Positions 37,245 to 47,253 of a stretch of DNA of 64,000 nucleotides are shown here, in pieces; the first letter of the stretch is position 1; each line of letters starts with the position of its first letter. Made by a program: the position numbers and the translations under genes. The notes beneath the pieces were generated by a model that saw only the letters and a program-made list of their open reading frames with translations, did no database searches and was not told the origin of the DNA. The DNA is from Armatimonadota bacterium (GTDB taxonomy: Bacteria; Armatimonadota; Fimbriimonadia; Fimbriimonadales; GBS-DC). The DNA lies in NCBI GenBank assembly GCA_037445735.1, contig JBBIJY010000003.1, positions 92,842 to 156,841 on the forward strand, written 5' to 3'.

Positions 37245-37586
37245 ATGATTAACTGGAACCAGCTGAATGAGCTGACTGCCGGGGATCAGGAGTTTCAGCA
37301 TGAACTCCTGAACGAGTTTCTGCAACAGACGCCAGCGCTGATTGAGCAGCTGCATCAGGCGCTGGAGCAGGGGGACGGCGCGACCTTCATCCGTCTGGCG
37401 CATACGCTCAAGGGCAGCGCGCGCACCGTTGGCGCCGAATCGCTGGCGGACATCGCCTCCACGCTGGAACATCACGGTCGGATGGGCGACCTGCGCCACG
37501 CGCCCGCCATGCTCCAGCAGCTGAGCGAGCAGTGGCAACCGCTCCAGCAGTACCTGTATGCTTATCTCTTTCAGCAGGCGGCTTAA
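37245..37586 (+). CDS. Hpt (histidine phosphotransfer) domain protein
   Basis: AAGGAGG RBS; LAHTLKGSARTVGA motif. Confidence 0.92.
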   Translation: MINWNQLNELTAGDQEFQHELLNEFLQQTPALIEQLHQALEQGDGATFIRLAHTLKGSARTVGAESLADIASTLEHHGRMGDLRHAPAMLQQLSEQWQPLQQYLYAYLFQQAA

Positions 37587-37619
37587 GGCGCGTCCCTCAG
37601 CGGGTATAATCCTGCTGAT

Positions 37620-39308
37620 ATGCGACGACTGGGCTGGCTGGTCGCGGCATGGCTGATTACCCACGCTGTCGCGCAGGATTGGATCAGCGAGCGCCTGCAG
37701 GGACGCGGCGTCGTCGGACCCTACACCCTCAGCTGGAACCAGATTGTCGAGCGCAGCGAGATTGTGCTGGTCGGCGAGCGACTGCTCCTGCGCGAGCGCG
37801 ACTACTGGATTGATTACGCCAGCGGGACGATCCGGTTCGCACAGCCGTTGCGTCGCGAGATGAGCGCGCGGGTGGGCTACCGCATCGTGCCGGGTCGCTC
37901 CCAGAAGAACGCGGCGCCCGATGTCGTGTTCCAGACGGAGATGGCGCGGCTGGGCGCGGCGTCGCTCAGCGTGCAGGGACGCCTGCGCGACCAGCAGGGC
38001 GTCATGCAGACGGAGCTGGGCATCCGCGCGGCATGGCAAACCGAGCAGGCGCAGACCGACGCGCTCTACCTGGTGCGCGAGTCGCCCGACCGACGGATGC
38101 CGAGCCTGGTGCGCGTCAGCTCGCAGTGGCGTAGCCCCGACGGGTTCGACCTGCGCCTGCTGTTCGCTCGCGCGGAGCCGGCGTTCGGCGACGCGCGCGC
38201 CTACGGCGTCGTTAGCGGTCAGGAGCAAGCCAGCGCCCAGTTCGAATGGCGACCCGACCGCGCCCTGCGCACGCGCATCCACTGGCTCCAGCAGCGACCG
38301 CTGCAGAACCCACTGACAACCAGCCAGCAGTGGGGCGCAGGACTGGAGTATACACTGCCCACCTTCAGCCTCCAGCTCGAACGCCAGATGAGCGAAACCA
38401 GCCAGCAGCCGCTGAACCTCACCGATCGAGTCGCGCTCAGCCTGCAGCCGCATGAGCAGATTCGCGTGCGCGTGGAGGAAAAGACCATCCAGCAGGGCGA
38501 GCAGACGCGCGTGCAGACCGAAGTGCGCACGGAGGTCGGCTCCGCTGTGCAACTGAGCCATCAGACCACGCAGGAGGGTTCCACCCGTGCCGAGCAGAGC
38601 CGCGTCGCCTTTCAGGGCGGTACCGGGAGCCTGCAGGGGCGCGTCGAACTCAGTCAGTACTGGCAACAGGACGACGCGCTGGGCGCCGCCCAGATTCAAC
38701 TGCAGGCGAAGCCCCATCCGAACCTGCAGCTAAGCGGTGAGTACCAGATTCAGGAGCAGGCAGGGCAGATGCGCGGCTATTACCTGCAGCTGAACCCGCT
38801 CAGGGGCATGCAGCTGCGCCTCAGTGAACGCGCTTACGAGGGCTGGCTCGGTCTGAACCTGCGCAGTCAGCAGCTGGAGTGGGAGTGGCGGATGCCGTTC
38901 GCGCTGACGCTCGGCGCGCAGCTCGCCCGCCATCCGCTTCAGCAGGGACGCCCGCAGCCCACCCAGCTCGAAGCCTATCGCCTGCGCTGGCAAACGGGGC
39001 GCCTCGCGCTCGAAGCGGGCTACAGCAAGCAGGAGCCGATTGCCCAGCCCCTCACGGAACGGCGCTACACGCTCAGCCTGCAGAGCCAGCTGAACCCCGC
39101 CACCCTGTTCGCGCTCACCTTCCAGCAGACCGAGTGGCAGCGCGATGCCTTCCTGCGCGAGGTCGCGCTCAAACTGGGACTGACGCAACGGCTGAGCGAC
39201 TTCTACCTGACGCTGGAAGCAAGCGCGCACCTGCCCCGCGCCGACCAGAGCGCCGACCCGAACCGCCTGCGCTACAGCGGCAGCCTCAAGCTCGGTGTGC
39301 AGTTCTAA
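37620..39308 (+). CDS. Probable outer-membrane beta-barrel protein
   Basis: Signal peptide, DYWIDYASGTIRF motif, alternating beta strands, C-terminal LGVQF. Confidence 0.7.
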   Translation: MRRLGWLVAAWLITHAVAQDWISERLQGRGVVGPYTLSWNQIVERSEIVLVGERLLLRERDYWIDYASGTIRFAQPLRREMSARVGYRIVPGRSQKNAAPDVVFQTEMARLGAASLSVQGRLRDQQGVMQTELGIRAAWQTEQAQTDALYLVRESPDRRMPSLVRVSSQWRSPDGFDLRLLFARAEPAFGDARAYGVVSGQEQASAQFEWRPDRALRTRIHWLQQRPLQNPLTTSQQWGAGLEYTLPTFSLQLERQMSETSQQPLNLTDRVALSLQPHEQIRVRVEEKTIQQGEQTRVQTEVRTEVGSAVQLSHQTTQEGSTRAEQSRVAFQGGTGSLQGRVELSQYWQQDDALGAAQIQLQAKPHPNLQLSGEYQIQEQAGQMRGYYLQLNPLRGMQLRLSERAYEGWLGLNLRSQQLEWEWRMPFALTLGAQLARHPLQQGRPQPTQLEAYRLRWQTGRLALEAGYSKQEPIAQPLTERRYTLSLQSQLNPATLFALTFQQTEWQRDAFLREVALKLGLTQRLSDFYLTLEASAHLPRADQSADPNRLRYSGSLKLGVQF

Positions 39309-40150
39309 ATCTTGAGCAGCTCCTGCGTGCGGGCAACCTCCTTCGCCAGCACCTGCCGGATGCCCTCAAACTGCTCTGGCGGCAACCTCAGCGATTCGAC
39401 CGTTTCGGGGTCCAGCTCGTACGCGACGGGCGCACCGACGCCGAACCCCACCTGATGCGCCAGCACATTCGCCGTGTAAACGAGGCAGCCTATCGGTGAG
39501 GTTTCATAGTCCGTCGCTGCCTGATGGAGCCGCATGCCCTCCTGCAGGCTATCAGGCAGCTGCCACTGCTCGCCCAGCATCGCGCCCACCTCCACATGCG
39601 TGTAGCCCAGTATCTCCCGCTCCGCATCGATGAGATTACAGCCGTTGGAGAGCGAGAGCGCGATTGCCTGGTCGAACTCGCTGGTCAGGAAGCGATCCAT
39701 CACGAGTCGCCCCGCATCGTGCAGCAGTCCTGCGAGGAACGCCTCTTCGGGGTCGCGCCAGCCTTTGAAGCGTGCCAGGATCCGCGCGGCGACCGCCGTC
39801 GCCAGCGAATGCTGCCAGAACGCCACCTTATCGAATCGCCGCGCGTGCGCCCGCCCCGACGCCATCTGGTGGTACACCTGACTAACAATCACCGAGCGCA
39901 CGGCGGACAGCCCCAGCACCGAGATTGCCTGCGAGACGGTGCGGATTTTGCCCTGCATGCCGTAGTAGGAGCTGTTGGCGGTCTTGAGCAGTTTGGACGC
40001 CAGCCCTGCATCGCGCTCGATGAGCGCCCCAACCTGACGCGGTGAGGCGTCAGGGCTGTCCACCAGCTTCAGAATCTGCGCTGTCATCTGGGGCAGCATG
40101 CCCAGCCCCGGCGTGCGAGCCACCCGAATCTGCAACGCGCTCAGTTCCAT
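39305..40150 (-). CDS. HDOD domain protein
   Basis: LLKTANSSYYG, AISVLG, FWQHSL, AFLAGLLHDAG, GYTH.EVG..L...WQLP. Confidence 0.93.
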   Translation of the reverse strand: MELSALQIRVARTPGLGMLPQMTAQILKLVDSPDASPRQVGALIERDAGLASKLLKTANSSYYGMQGKIRTVSQAISVLGLSAVRSVIVSQVYHQMASGRAHARRFDKVAFWQHSLATAVAARILARFKGWRDPEEAFLAGLLHDAGRLVMDRFLTSEFDQAIALSLSNGCNLIDAEREILGYTHVEVGAMLGEQWQLPDSLQEGMRLHQAATDYETSPIGCLVYTANVLAHQVGFGVGAPVAYELDPETVESLRLPPEQFEGIRQVLAKEVARTQELLKI

Positions 40151-40207
40151 CGTCGTCCCCAACCGAGAGGCTTATTCCATACCGCTGGGGCACGATTCAT
40201 AAGCGAA

Positions 40208-40230
40208 GTGGCTTGAGCGCCCCGCTCAAG
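40208..40230. repeat. REP-like palindrome, copy 3 (reverse orientation)
   Basis: gtggcttgagcgccccgctcaag hairpin. Confidence 0.5.
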
Positions 40231-40262
40231 ACCACATTGGGCGCGGGTAAACTATCTCCAGC

Positions 40263-40889
40263 ATGGAGGCGAACCGCACCCCGGCACACTGGTGGACGCG
40301 CCTGCTGTTCCTGTTTTACGCGCGTCCCCTGTTTCGCGCGTGGGAGATTGCCTGCAATCACCTCGCACGCTGGCTCACCAATCGGCGCGCGCTGAGCGAT
40401 GCCCGCTATCAGCGTCAGCTGGCGCAGCTCAACCTGCGTCGGATGGAGATTCAGCGCGGGCTGGGCGAAATCAGTCGCAGCCACGCCCATGTGTGCGCCC
40501 AGTGTGGGCACTGTTGCAAGGGCACGCGCGAGCGGGACGCCTTCCTGGATCGCATTTTGCAGAACCCGCAGACGGAGCATCTGAGTGCGCGACGGCGCAC
40601 GGGCGAAATGGTCGGCTTCCAGCTGGCGCAGGCGCAGAATCGGGTTCTGCATTCGGGCGTGGCACGGGCATCAGGCTGCTGCAATGAGCTGACCTGTCAG
40701 GGCTGTCGCCTGCCGAACGAATTGCGTCCGATGCAGTGTCTGGCGTATTTTTGTGGGGCAGCGGTGCGCGCTCTCTCTCAGGAGGAGTGCGAGCGGGGCA
40801 TCCAGCTCATCAAGCAGCTGCTGCGCCTGCACTGGGACGCCGTCCGCCTCGCCGCCCAATCACATCAGTTCAGTTCTAATAGCAGATGA
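40263..40889 (+). CDS. Cys-cluster protein (YkgJ/CxxCxxCC-like)
   Basis: CAQCGHCC ... C..L...GC.L...RP.QC..YFC. Confidence 0.7.
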   Translation: MEANRTPAHWWTRLLFLFYARPLFRAWEIACNHLARWLTNRRALSDARYQRQLAQLNLRRMEIQRGLGEISRSHAHVCAQCGHCCKGTRERDAFLDRILQNPQTEHLSARRRTGEMVGFQLAQAQNRVLHSGVARASGCCNELTCQGCRLPNELRPMQCLAYFCGAAVRALSQEECERGIQLIKQLLRLHWDAVRLAAQSHQFSSNSR

Positions 40890-40950
40890 GCGGCTTTATA
40901 GTGTCTGGCTCGTGGCTTGCGTCCTGGGTGGGAGGGCAGAACAGGTCGCC

Positions 40951-42111
40951 CTACCGCACCAGGTTCGGGTCGGTCTGGTGTTGTTCGCGGAGTCGGGTTT
41001 TGGGGCGGGAGGCGGCTTTAAGTTCTGTTAGCAGGGCATCGTACGCATCGCGGTCAACAGGAATCTCAACCAGGGTGTCGCGCTTGCCTGATAAGATGAT
41101 CGCGTTGATCAGCTCCACCACGGGCAACCCTTCCTCGCCGGGCGCGATCAGCGGTTCATCGTACAGGATGCTGCGGGCAAAGTTCTGGATGATTGCCGGG
41201 TGGTCGCGCAGGGCGTTTTCGGGCAGCGGCTCCAGCGGCACTTCCACCCGCTCGGCGCGAATGGCGCCCCACATCTCGTCCGTTTCGAAGGTGAACTCGC
41301 GGATGGAGCGTTCAAACTGCCAGAATTCGAGTTTGCCGTTATAGAGGCAGAGCTTGCCGCGGTCGCCGCAGATTTCGATGGCGTTTTCGTCGGGCACTTC
41401 GTTTGTGGTGGCGTAGAGGTAGCCGTGTGCGCCGTTGGGGTACTCCAGCAGGGCGAACGCCTCGTCTTCGGTTTCGATCTCGTGCAGGCGGGTGCGCACC
41501 TGCGCCTGCACGCGCTTCGGCAGCCCGCCCAGCCACTGGAACAGGTCTAAATAGTGGGGCGCCTGATTGATCAGCACGCCGCCGCCCTCGCCCGCCCAGG
41601 TGGCTCGCCAGCCGCCTGAATCGTAATAGGCTTGCGTGCGATACCAGGCGGTGATGAGCAGTGTGCGGCGAACTTCGCCGATCGCGCCCTGTTCGATCAG
41701 GCGGCGGGCGGCGCGGTTTTCGGGGCGCGTGCGGAATTGATACATGATGCCGAACCTGCGCCCCGATTGGCGCGCGGCGGCGATCATGCGGTCGGCATCG
41801 CTCACGCTGACGCAGAGCGGCTTCTCGGTCAGCACATGCAGTCCGTGCTGGAAGGCGGCAATCGCCAGAGGCGCGTGGTGGTAGTGGGGCGTGGCAATCA
41901 GCACGGCGTCGACCAGCCCGCTCTGGAAGAGGGCTTCCGGTTCGGTGAAGGCAGGCACCCCATACTGTTCGCCGAACGCCTTTGCGCGATCGGCGCTGAT
42001 GTCGCAGACGGCGCTCAGCTCAGCTTCGGGCACCAGATCACGCACATAGTGGCAGTGCCCGGCGCCCATCGCGCCCAGCCCCACAATGCCGAACCGCACG
42101 CGCTCCGCCAT
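40951..42111 (-). CDS. Gfo/Idh/MocA family oxidoreductase
   Basis: GIVGLGAMG, IATPHYHH, HVLTEKP, GGGVLINQAPH. Confidence 0.95.
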   Translation of the reverse strand: MAERVRFGIVGLGAMGAGHCHYVRDLVPEAELSAVCDISADRAKAFGEQYGVPAFTEPEALFQSGLVDAVLIATPHYHHAPLAIAAFQHGLHVLTEKPLCVSVSDADRMIAAARQSGRRFGIMYQFRTRPENRAARRLIEQGAIGEVRRTLLITAWYRTQAYYDSGGWRATWAGEGGGVLINQAPHYLDLFQWLGGLPKRVQAQVRTRLHEIETEDEAFALLEYPNGAHGYLYATTNEVPDENAIEICGDRGKLCLYNGKLEFWQFERSIREFTFETDEMWGAIRAERVEVPLEPLPENALRDHPAIIQNFARSILYDEPLIAPGEEGLPVVELINAIILSGKRDTLVEIPVDRDAYDALLTELKAASRPKTRLREQHQTDPNLVR

Positions 42112-42124
42112 ACCCCTTTAGCCC

Positions 42125-42475
42125 TTACTTGAAGTAGACGATTTGACGCAGAGCCATCTCGTTGGTGGGATCGCGGCGCAGCACCTCCTCCAGCTCGCGC
42201 CTGGCTTCTGGCTCATAGCCGAGCATGGCGTAGGTCAGCGCGAGATCCAGTCGTGCCTGCACGCTCTCTGGATTCAATCGCACTGATGTCTCCAGCTCCT
42301 GAATCGACTCGTCGAACAGCCCCGTGAAGCAGTAGACCAGCCCCAGCTGGTGGTGCGCTTCGGCGTGGTTGGGGTTCAGCCCCAGCGCCTGCTTCAGCAG
42401 CTGTTCCGCTTCCTCATACCGCCCTTCCTGTTTGAGGGCGGTCGCCTGTTGTACCAGCACATTCGGGTCGCCCAT
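42125..42475 (-). CDS. Small TPR protein
   Basis: Three TPR-like repeats; AGGAGG RBS. Confidence 0.88.
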   Translation of the reverse strand: MGDPNVLVQQATALKQEGRYEEAEQLLKQALGLNPNHAEAHHQLGLVYCFTGLFDESIQELETSVRLNPESVQARLDLALTYAMLGYEPEARRELEEVLRRDPTNEMALRQIVYFK

Positions 42476-42634
42476 CGCTCGTGCTTCCTCCTATGACCGA
42501 TGATTCGCTATCAGAGCATCTCTGCATGCACGAGCTTCCGCGAAGCCCAGCGATAACTGCCCTTTATTATAGCACATCGACACCCTGTGCATGGAGGATT
42601 ACGATTCGACAGGCAGTGGTTCGATTCCTGCCGT

Positions 42635-43444
42635 TCAGGGTGTCAGGGGACCGCCTGCCCAGACGGTGGGGAAATGGTCGCCCTGCAGAATTTCGCCGGG
42701 TGCGACCTGGATATGCGCTTCGCACACATGTTGACCGCGTGGCACATAGCGGGTGTAGCCGGGCATGAAGTGGATGGCGATGGCGGGGCGCGGGCGTTCG
42801 CTCAGGTTGGGCGGCGTGCCGTGCCAGGTCAGGCAATGGTGGAACATCACGCCGCCAGCGGGCACGGGGCAGGGCACGATTTCGACCGTCTCACCTGCAG
42901 GCACAAAAGCAGGGTCATACGCGGGCCCCCAGCCATCAGGGTTGATGCCCACGGTACCGTTGTCATAAATGCCCCACCGATGGCTGCGTGGCACCATGTG
43001 CATACAGCCGTTCTCCACATCGGCATCGTCCAACGCAATCCATGCGCTGATCAAATCGGCTGGCTCCAGCACGGGCCAGTAGGGGTAGTCCTGATGCCAG
43101 ATGGTGGGACCGCCGTAGCGGGGCGGCTTGAACTGGATCTGGTCGTGCCACACGCGCACGGTGTCGGTGTCCATCAGGCGGGCGATAGCTTCGGTCAGGC
43201 GCGGGTGAAACAGCAGCTCGTAAAACGCGCGGTCGGCTTGCCAGGCGTTCACCCCCTGCACGACCACCCAGCCGCGCTCATCGCGATACAGCTCCCGATT
43301 GAGCAGCGGGACGCCTTCCGCACGCCCTTCAATCAGCGCGTAGCAGCGCTCGCGCAGATAGCGCACCTCGTCCGCGCTCAACAGCGGTTGCGCGGGCAGA
43401 AAGCCGTTCTCCCGAAAGAACCGCACCTCCGTTTCCGTTATCAT
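42635..43444 (-). CDS. Phytanoyl-CoA dioxygenase family Fe(II)/2OG oxygenase
   Basis: FFRENGF, WHQD, WIALDD...NGCM..VP.SH, H...WHG..N....R. Confidence 0.92.
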   Translation of the reverse strand: MITETEVRFFRENGFLPAQPLLSADEVRYLRERCYALIEGRAEGVPLLNRELYRDERGWVVVQGVNAWQADRAFYELLFHPRLTEAIARLMDTDTVRVWHDQIQFKPPRYGGPTIWHQDYPYWPVLEPADLISAWIALDDADVENGCMHMVPRSHRWGIYDNGTVGINPDGWGPAYDPAFVPAGETVEIVPCPVPAGGVMFHHCLTWHGTPPNLSERPRPAIAIHFMPGYTRYVPRGQHVCEAHIQVAPGEILQGDHFPTVWAGGPLTP

Positions 43445-43560
43445 CCGAGCCTCCTTATGCCCTACAATACACCCTCCTCATCCCTTCTCCTGCTGCAACG
43501 GGTATCATTCGCCCATTTCAGGCGGATATTCAACACTGGTATACTGAGGTGGGATAAAAG

Positions 43561-46320
43561 ATGTGGAGCGTGCAGGCGTTGCCAAAGGGCTGGACCCAGC
43601 AGGAGTTTGAGTGGCTGCAGGCGCTGGGTCAGGCATCAACGGTTGCCGAGCGACAGAAACTCCTGCAACGGCATCGGGAGTGGCTGGCGCCGAACTGGGT
43701 GGAGCGTTTGCTGGCAACTCTCAGCACGGATGCTCCTGCAGAAGCGAAGGCGTGGCTACCCGCTGCGCACGGGCTGCGCATCGTCGCCGACAGCCTGCGC
43801 GACGACCGCTTGAAAGGCGCTACGCGCCTGCGGCTCGCCGTCCTCTATCTGACCCTGTATGAGCTTGATTCTGCCCGGCGCTGGGCGCAGGAGAGCCTCA
43901 TGCGGTTTCGCACAGCGAACCATGTGGAGGGGATGGCGCAGAGCCTGCACCTGCAAGCCGATATTCTGGCAGAGCGTGGCGAGCTTCAGCAAGCCATCCG
44001 TCAGATGCGGCAGGCGATGCCCCTCTATCAACGCCTGCGCAACCCGGAACAGCAGGCGCATGGCGAGCTGGGGATGGGTCGCCTGTACGCGATGGCGGGC
44101 GAGCCAGAGCGGGCGCTCCATCATCTGCAGCGAGCGCAGCAATTTGCCCATCAGGCAAAGGCGCATCACCTGCTGGCTGTGATCGAACTGACACAGGGCA
44201 TCGTTCTGCGGGCGCTGGGGCGGTTCGATGAGGCGCTCCAGATGCATCAGCAGGCGTTGGAGCTGTTTCGGCAGCTGAACCGCCCCGTGAATGTGGCACG
44301 GCAAATCGCCAACATCGGGCTGGTCTACTGGTCGATGGGTCTCGTGCAGGAGGCGCGCTGGCACTATCAGCAGGCGATGCCGCTGTTTAAGGAGCTGAAC
44401 CTCCAGCAGGATGTGGCTATCTGCCTGATGAACACCGCCCTGCTGCTGCAAGCCGAGGGCGAGCTGGATCGCGCGCTGGAGACCTGCCAGCAGGCGCTGC
44501 AGTTGAGCGAGTCGCTCCATGATGCGGTCGGCGTCGCCTTTTGCCAGGGCACGCTTGCCGACATTCTGAACGCGAAGGGCGATTATGAGCGGGCGCTGGT
44601 TTATGCCGAGCGCGCTGTTCAGGATGCCCGGCACAGCGGACTGAAGAATGTCTATCAGAGCGCCCAGTTGCGGCGTGCCGCCTGCCTGCACGAGTTAAAA
44701 CGCTATGCTGAGGCGGAGCGCATTCTCACCGAGCTGGTGAAACAGCTGGATCCCGTCACGGATCGCCCTGCGCTGATTGAGGCGCTCTTTCTGCTGGGTG
44801 AGGGCGCACGGCGGCGTGGGGACTGGGCACGCGCCCGCCGATACTACGAGCGCTGCCTTCAGGCGATGGAGCGCCTGCACGGACTTCAGGCGTTGCCGCC
44901 TGAAGATTGGAGCCGTGCCTTCCAGCAGTTTCAACGCACCATTTCATGGATTGCCTGCGCGTATGCGGGTGCGAACCTGCCCGAGCGTGCCTTCGAAATC
45001 TGTCAGCGTGGCAAGGGCATCGGGCTGCGCCTGGCGATAGAGAGCCGTCGTGCGCCGATAGGGCTGTCCCGCTCCGATTCGGCGCGTTTCGCCCGCCTGC
45101 GCCAGCGCTGGGAGCGTGCCGAACAGCAGCTTACCGCTGCCCGCACGCTCAGCGAGCGGCAGCGTGCCCAGCGCGACTATGAGCGCGCGCTCAGCGACTG
45201 GAGCCGCGCCCGCATGGAACTCGCGCGGCGCAATCCGCGCTACCAGCTCGTGTTTCAGCAGCCCGTTCACCTGCAGGAGCTGCCCCTGACGCCCGACACC
45301 GCGCTGATCGAATACGCACTCACGCCGAAAGGCGTTGCCATCCTGATTGTTCGCCGTGAAGGCAGGCGCAATCGGGTGCGGGCAACCCTGGTGGCGGTCG
45401 CCGAATCGCAGCTGCGTTCGGTCATCGGCAGCCTCTATCGCTGGATGGAGCCGGCGGGTGACCTGCGCTCGATTCACGCAGCGGCGCGCCAGCTCTATCG
45501 CTGGCTGGTACAGCCTGTGGCGAGCCAGTTGCGCGGGGTGCGGCGCGTGATTGTCTGCCCGGATGGGATTCTGCATCGGGTGCCATGGACGCTGCTGCGC
45601 ACTCCAGAGGGGCGTTACTGGACGGAGCGGGTGGCACTCGTGCAGGTGGCGTCGGCGTCGGTGTGGGCAAGCGTGCAACGGCTGCGCCGTCCGCCAGCAA
45701 CGGCACGCCCGCTGATGGTCGCGCTCTCCCAGTTTCCCGCTGGGTCGGGAGGCAGCCCTGGTCGCGCACGGCTCGCACCGCTGCCTGGCATCCGACAGGA
45801 GCGACTCACACTGAGCCATCTCATGGGGCGCTCCCTGCAGGTGCTGGGCGAATCGGAGGCGAGCCGTGCGCGCGTGCTATCCGCGCTGCCACGCGCCTCG
45901 CAGATTCACTTCGCGACGCATGCGGTGCCGAACCCTCAGCTGCCACTGCTGAGTGCGCTGGCGCTGTACGGCAAGGCGACTCCTGAGTGGCTCTACGCTT
46001 ACGAGGTGCTGAATCTGCCGTTGCGGGCGCGGCTGGTGGTGCTATCGGCGTGCAGCACGGCGGGCGACACCGTCACGGGCGACGGGCTGATGGGGCTGGC
46101 GTGGGCGTTCCTGACAGCGGGCTGCCCCAGCGTGGTCGCGACGCTCTGGAAGCTGCCCGACGAGAGCGTGCCCATGTGGACGGAAGCCTTCTATCGCGCT
46201 CTGCAGGCGGGTCAATCCGTCGCGGAAGCCGTGCGGCAGGCGAATCTGCGCCTGCTCCAAAGCCCGCGCTTCGCGCACCCGCGCTACTGGGCAGGCTGGA
46301 CACTGTTCGGCAAAGATTGA
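43561..46320 (+). CDS. TPR + CHAT (caspase-like) protease
   Basis: Long TPR array; PDG.LH.VPW, IHFATHA (catalytic His), LVVLSACST (catalytic Cys), VVATLW, HPRYWAGW. Confidence 0.93.
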   Translation: MWSVQALPKGWTQQEFEWLQALGQASTVAERQKLLQRHREWLAPNWVERLLATLSTDAPAEAKAWLPAAHGLRIVADSLRDDRLKGATRLRLAVLYLTLYELDSARRWAQESLMRFRTANHVEGMAQSLHLQADILAERGELQQAIRQMRQAMPLYQRLRNPEQQAHGELGMGRLYAMAGEPERALHHLQRAQQFAHQAKAHHLLAVIELTQGIVLRALGRFDEALQMHQQALELFRQLNRPVNVARQIANIGLVYWSMGLVQEARWHYQQAMPLFKELNLQQDVAICLMNTALLLQAEGELDRALETCQQALQLSESLHDAVGVAFCQGTLADILNAKGDYERALVYAERAVQDARHSGLKNVYQSAQLRRAACLHELKRYAEAERILTELVKQLDPVTDRPALIEALFLLGEGARRRGDWARARRYYERCLQAMERLHGLQALPPEDWSRAFQQFQRTISWIACAYAGANLPERAFEICQRGKGIGLRLAIESRRAPIGLSRSDSARFARLRQRWERAEQQLTAARTLSERQRAQRDYERALSDWSRARMELARRNPRYQLVFQQPVHLQELPLTPDTALIEYALTPKGVAILIVRREGRRNRVRATLVAVAESQLRSVIGSLYRWMEPAGDLRSIHAAARQLYRWLVQPVASQLRGVRRVIVCPDGILHRVPWTLLRTPEGRYWTERVALVQVASASVWASVQRLRRPPATARPLMVALSQFPAGSGGSPGRARLAPLPGIRQERLTLSHLMGRSLQVLGESEASRARVLSALPRASQIHFATHAVPNPQLPLLSALALYGKATPEWLYAYEVLNLPLRARLVVLSACSTAGDTVTGDGLMGLAWAFLTAGCPSVVATLWKLPDESVPMWTEAFYRALQAGQSVAEAVRQANLRLLQSPRFAHPRYWAGWTLFGKD

Positions 46321-47222
46321 GCCAGCACCGCACGCCAGCGCTGAACCAGCGGGTCGTTCGGGCGGTTCGGCAACGCCTGCAACGCTTCACGATAGCGACC
46401 CAGCTGATAGAACAACATCGTGCAGGTGTAGGGCGCCTGCTGGCGATGCTGACGCGCCCAGTTCAGCTGTGCCAGCTCCTGCGCGGTGAGCATCCGAAAG
46501 CGAAAATGCTGGCGCGGCTCGCTGCCGGGCAGTGCATCGGGCGATAGCACGATGATGGTCAGCCGATAGGTGCTGCCCGATTGTAACTGTTTGCCCGGTG
46601 GCAGGGTTGCCCGTGTGCCGTTGACCTGCAGGCTTATCGTGTCGCCGTCGGGTTCAACGGTCAGCGTGGCGCGATAGCCGCTGGCGTCGGGCACGGACAC
46701 CCACTCAAACACGGGGCGGGGATCCGTCAGCCCTTCATCGACAGGTTGGAGCAGACGCACAAGCGGCGCACTCGCCGATTCGGAGCGGGTGACGGAGGGC
46801 GGGTTCGGAAACTGGAGCGCCGCTTTTGCCGCCCAGTCGGGCAGGCGGAGCGAACCCTCGTACACCGCGCCACGCTCCACTCGCACCGCCACCTGCCACG
46901 CGGGATAGCTCCGTCCCATTAGCAGCCAGAGCAAGATGATAGCCCCAACCGCAGCAGCCATTGCAGGCGCCAGCCACCAGAAGAGGCGACGCAAGCGTCC
47001 AGCACCCTCCGATAGACCCCGAATCGCCTGCTCGGTGGCGAGCATCTCCCTGTAGGCGGCGCGACACATCGGGCACTCCACGATGTGATTCATCCGCTCG
47101 CGGTAGCCCCGACAGCGGCGACCACGCTCCACCAGTTCAATCAACTGCTCCGCTTTCAGATGCGCGGTTCTCACCGCTGTTCGCTCCCTATCCAGCTTCT
47201 CAAATGAGATGGGACATGCCAT
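46284..47222 (-). CDS. Zinc-binding transmembrane anti-sigma factor with extracytoplasmic domain
   Basis: H...HIVECPMC (HxxxCxxC), one TM, PVFEW Ig-like domain and TPR-like end; follows the ECF gene. Confidence 0.8.
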   Translation of the reverse strand: MACPISFEKLDRERTAVRTAHLKAEQLIELVERGRRCRGYRERMNHIVECPMCRAAYREMLATEQAIRGLSEGAGRLRRLFWWLAPAMAAAVGAIILLWLLMGRSYPAWQVAVRVERGAVYEGSLRLPDWAAKAALQFPNPPSVTRSESASAPLVRLLQPVDEGLTDPRPVFEWVSVPDASGYRATLTVEPDGDTISLQVNGTRATLPPGKQLQSGSTYRLTIIVLSPDALPGSEPRQHFRFRMLTAQELAQLNWARQHRQQAPYTCTMLFYQLGRYREALQALPNRPNDPLVQRWRAVLAQSLPNSVQPAQ

Positions 47223-47253
47223 TTTACCTTTGCGCACTCAGGGCACGCAGCCC

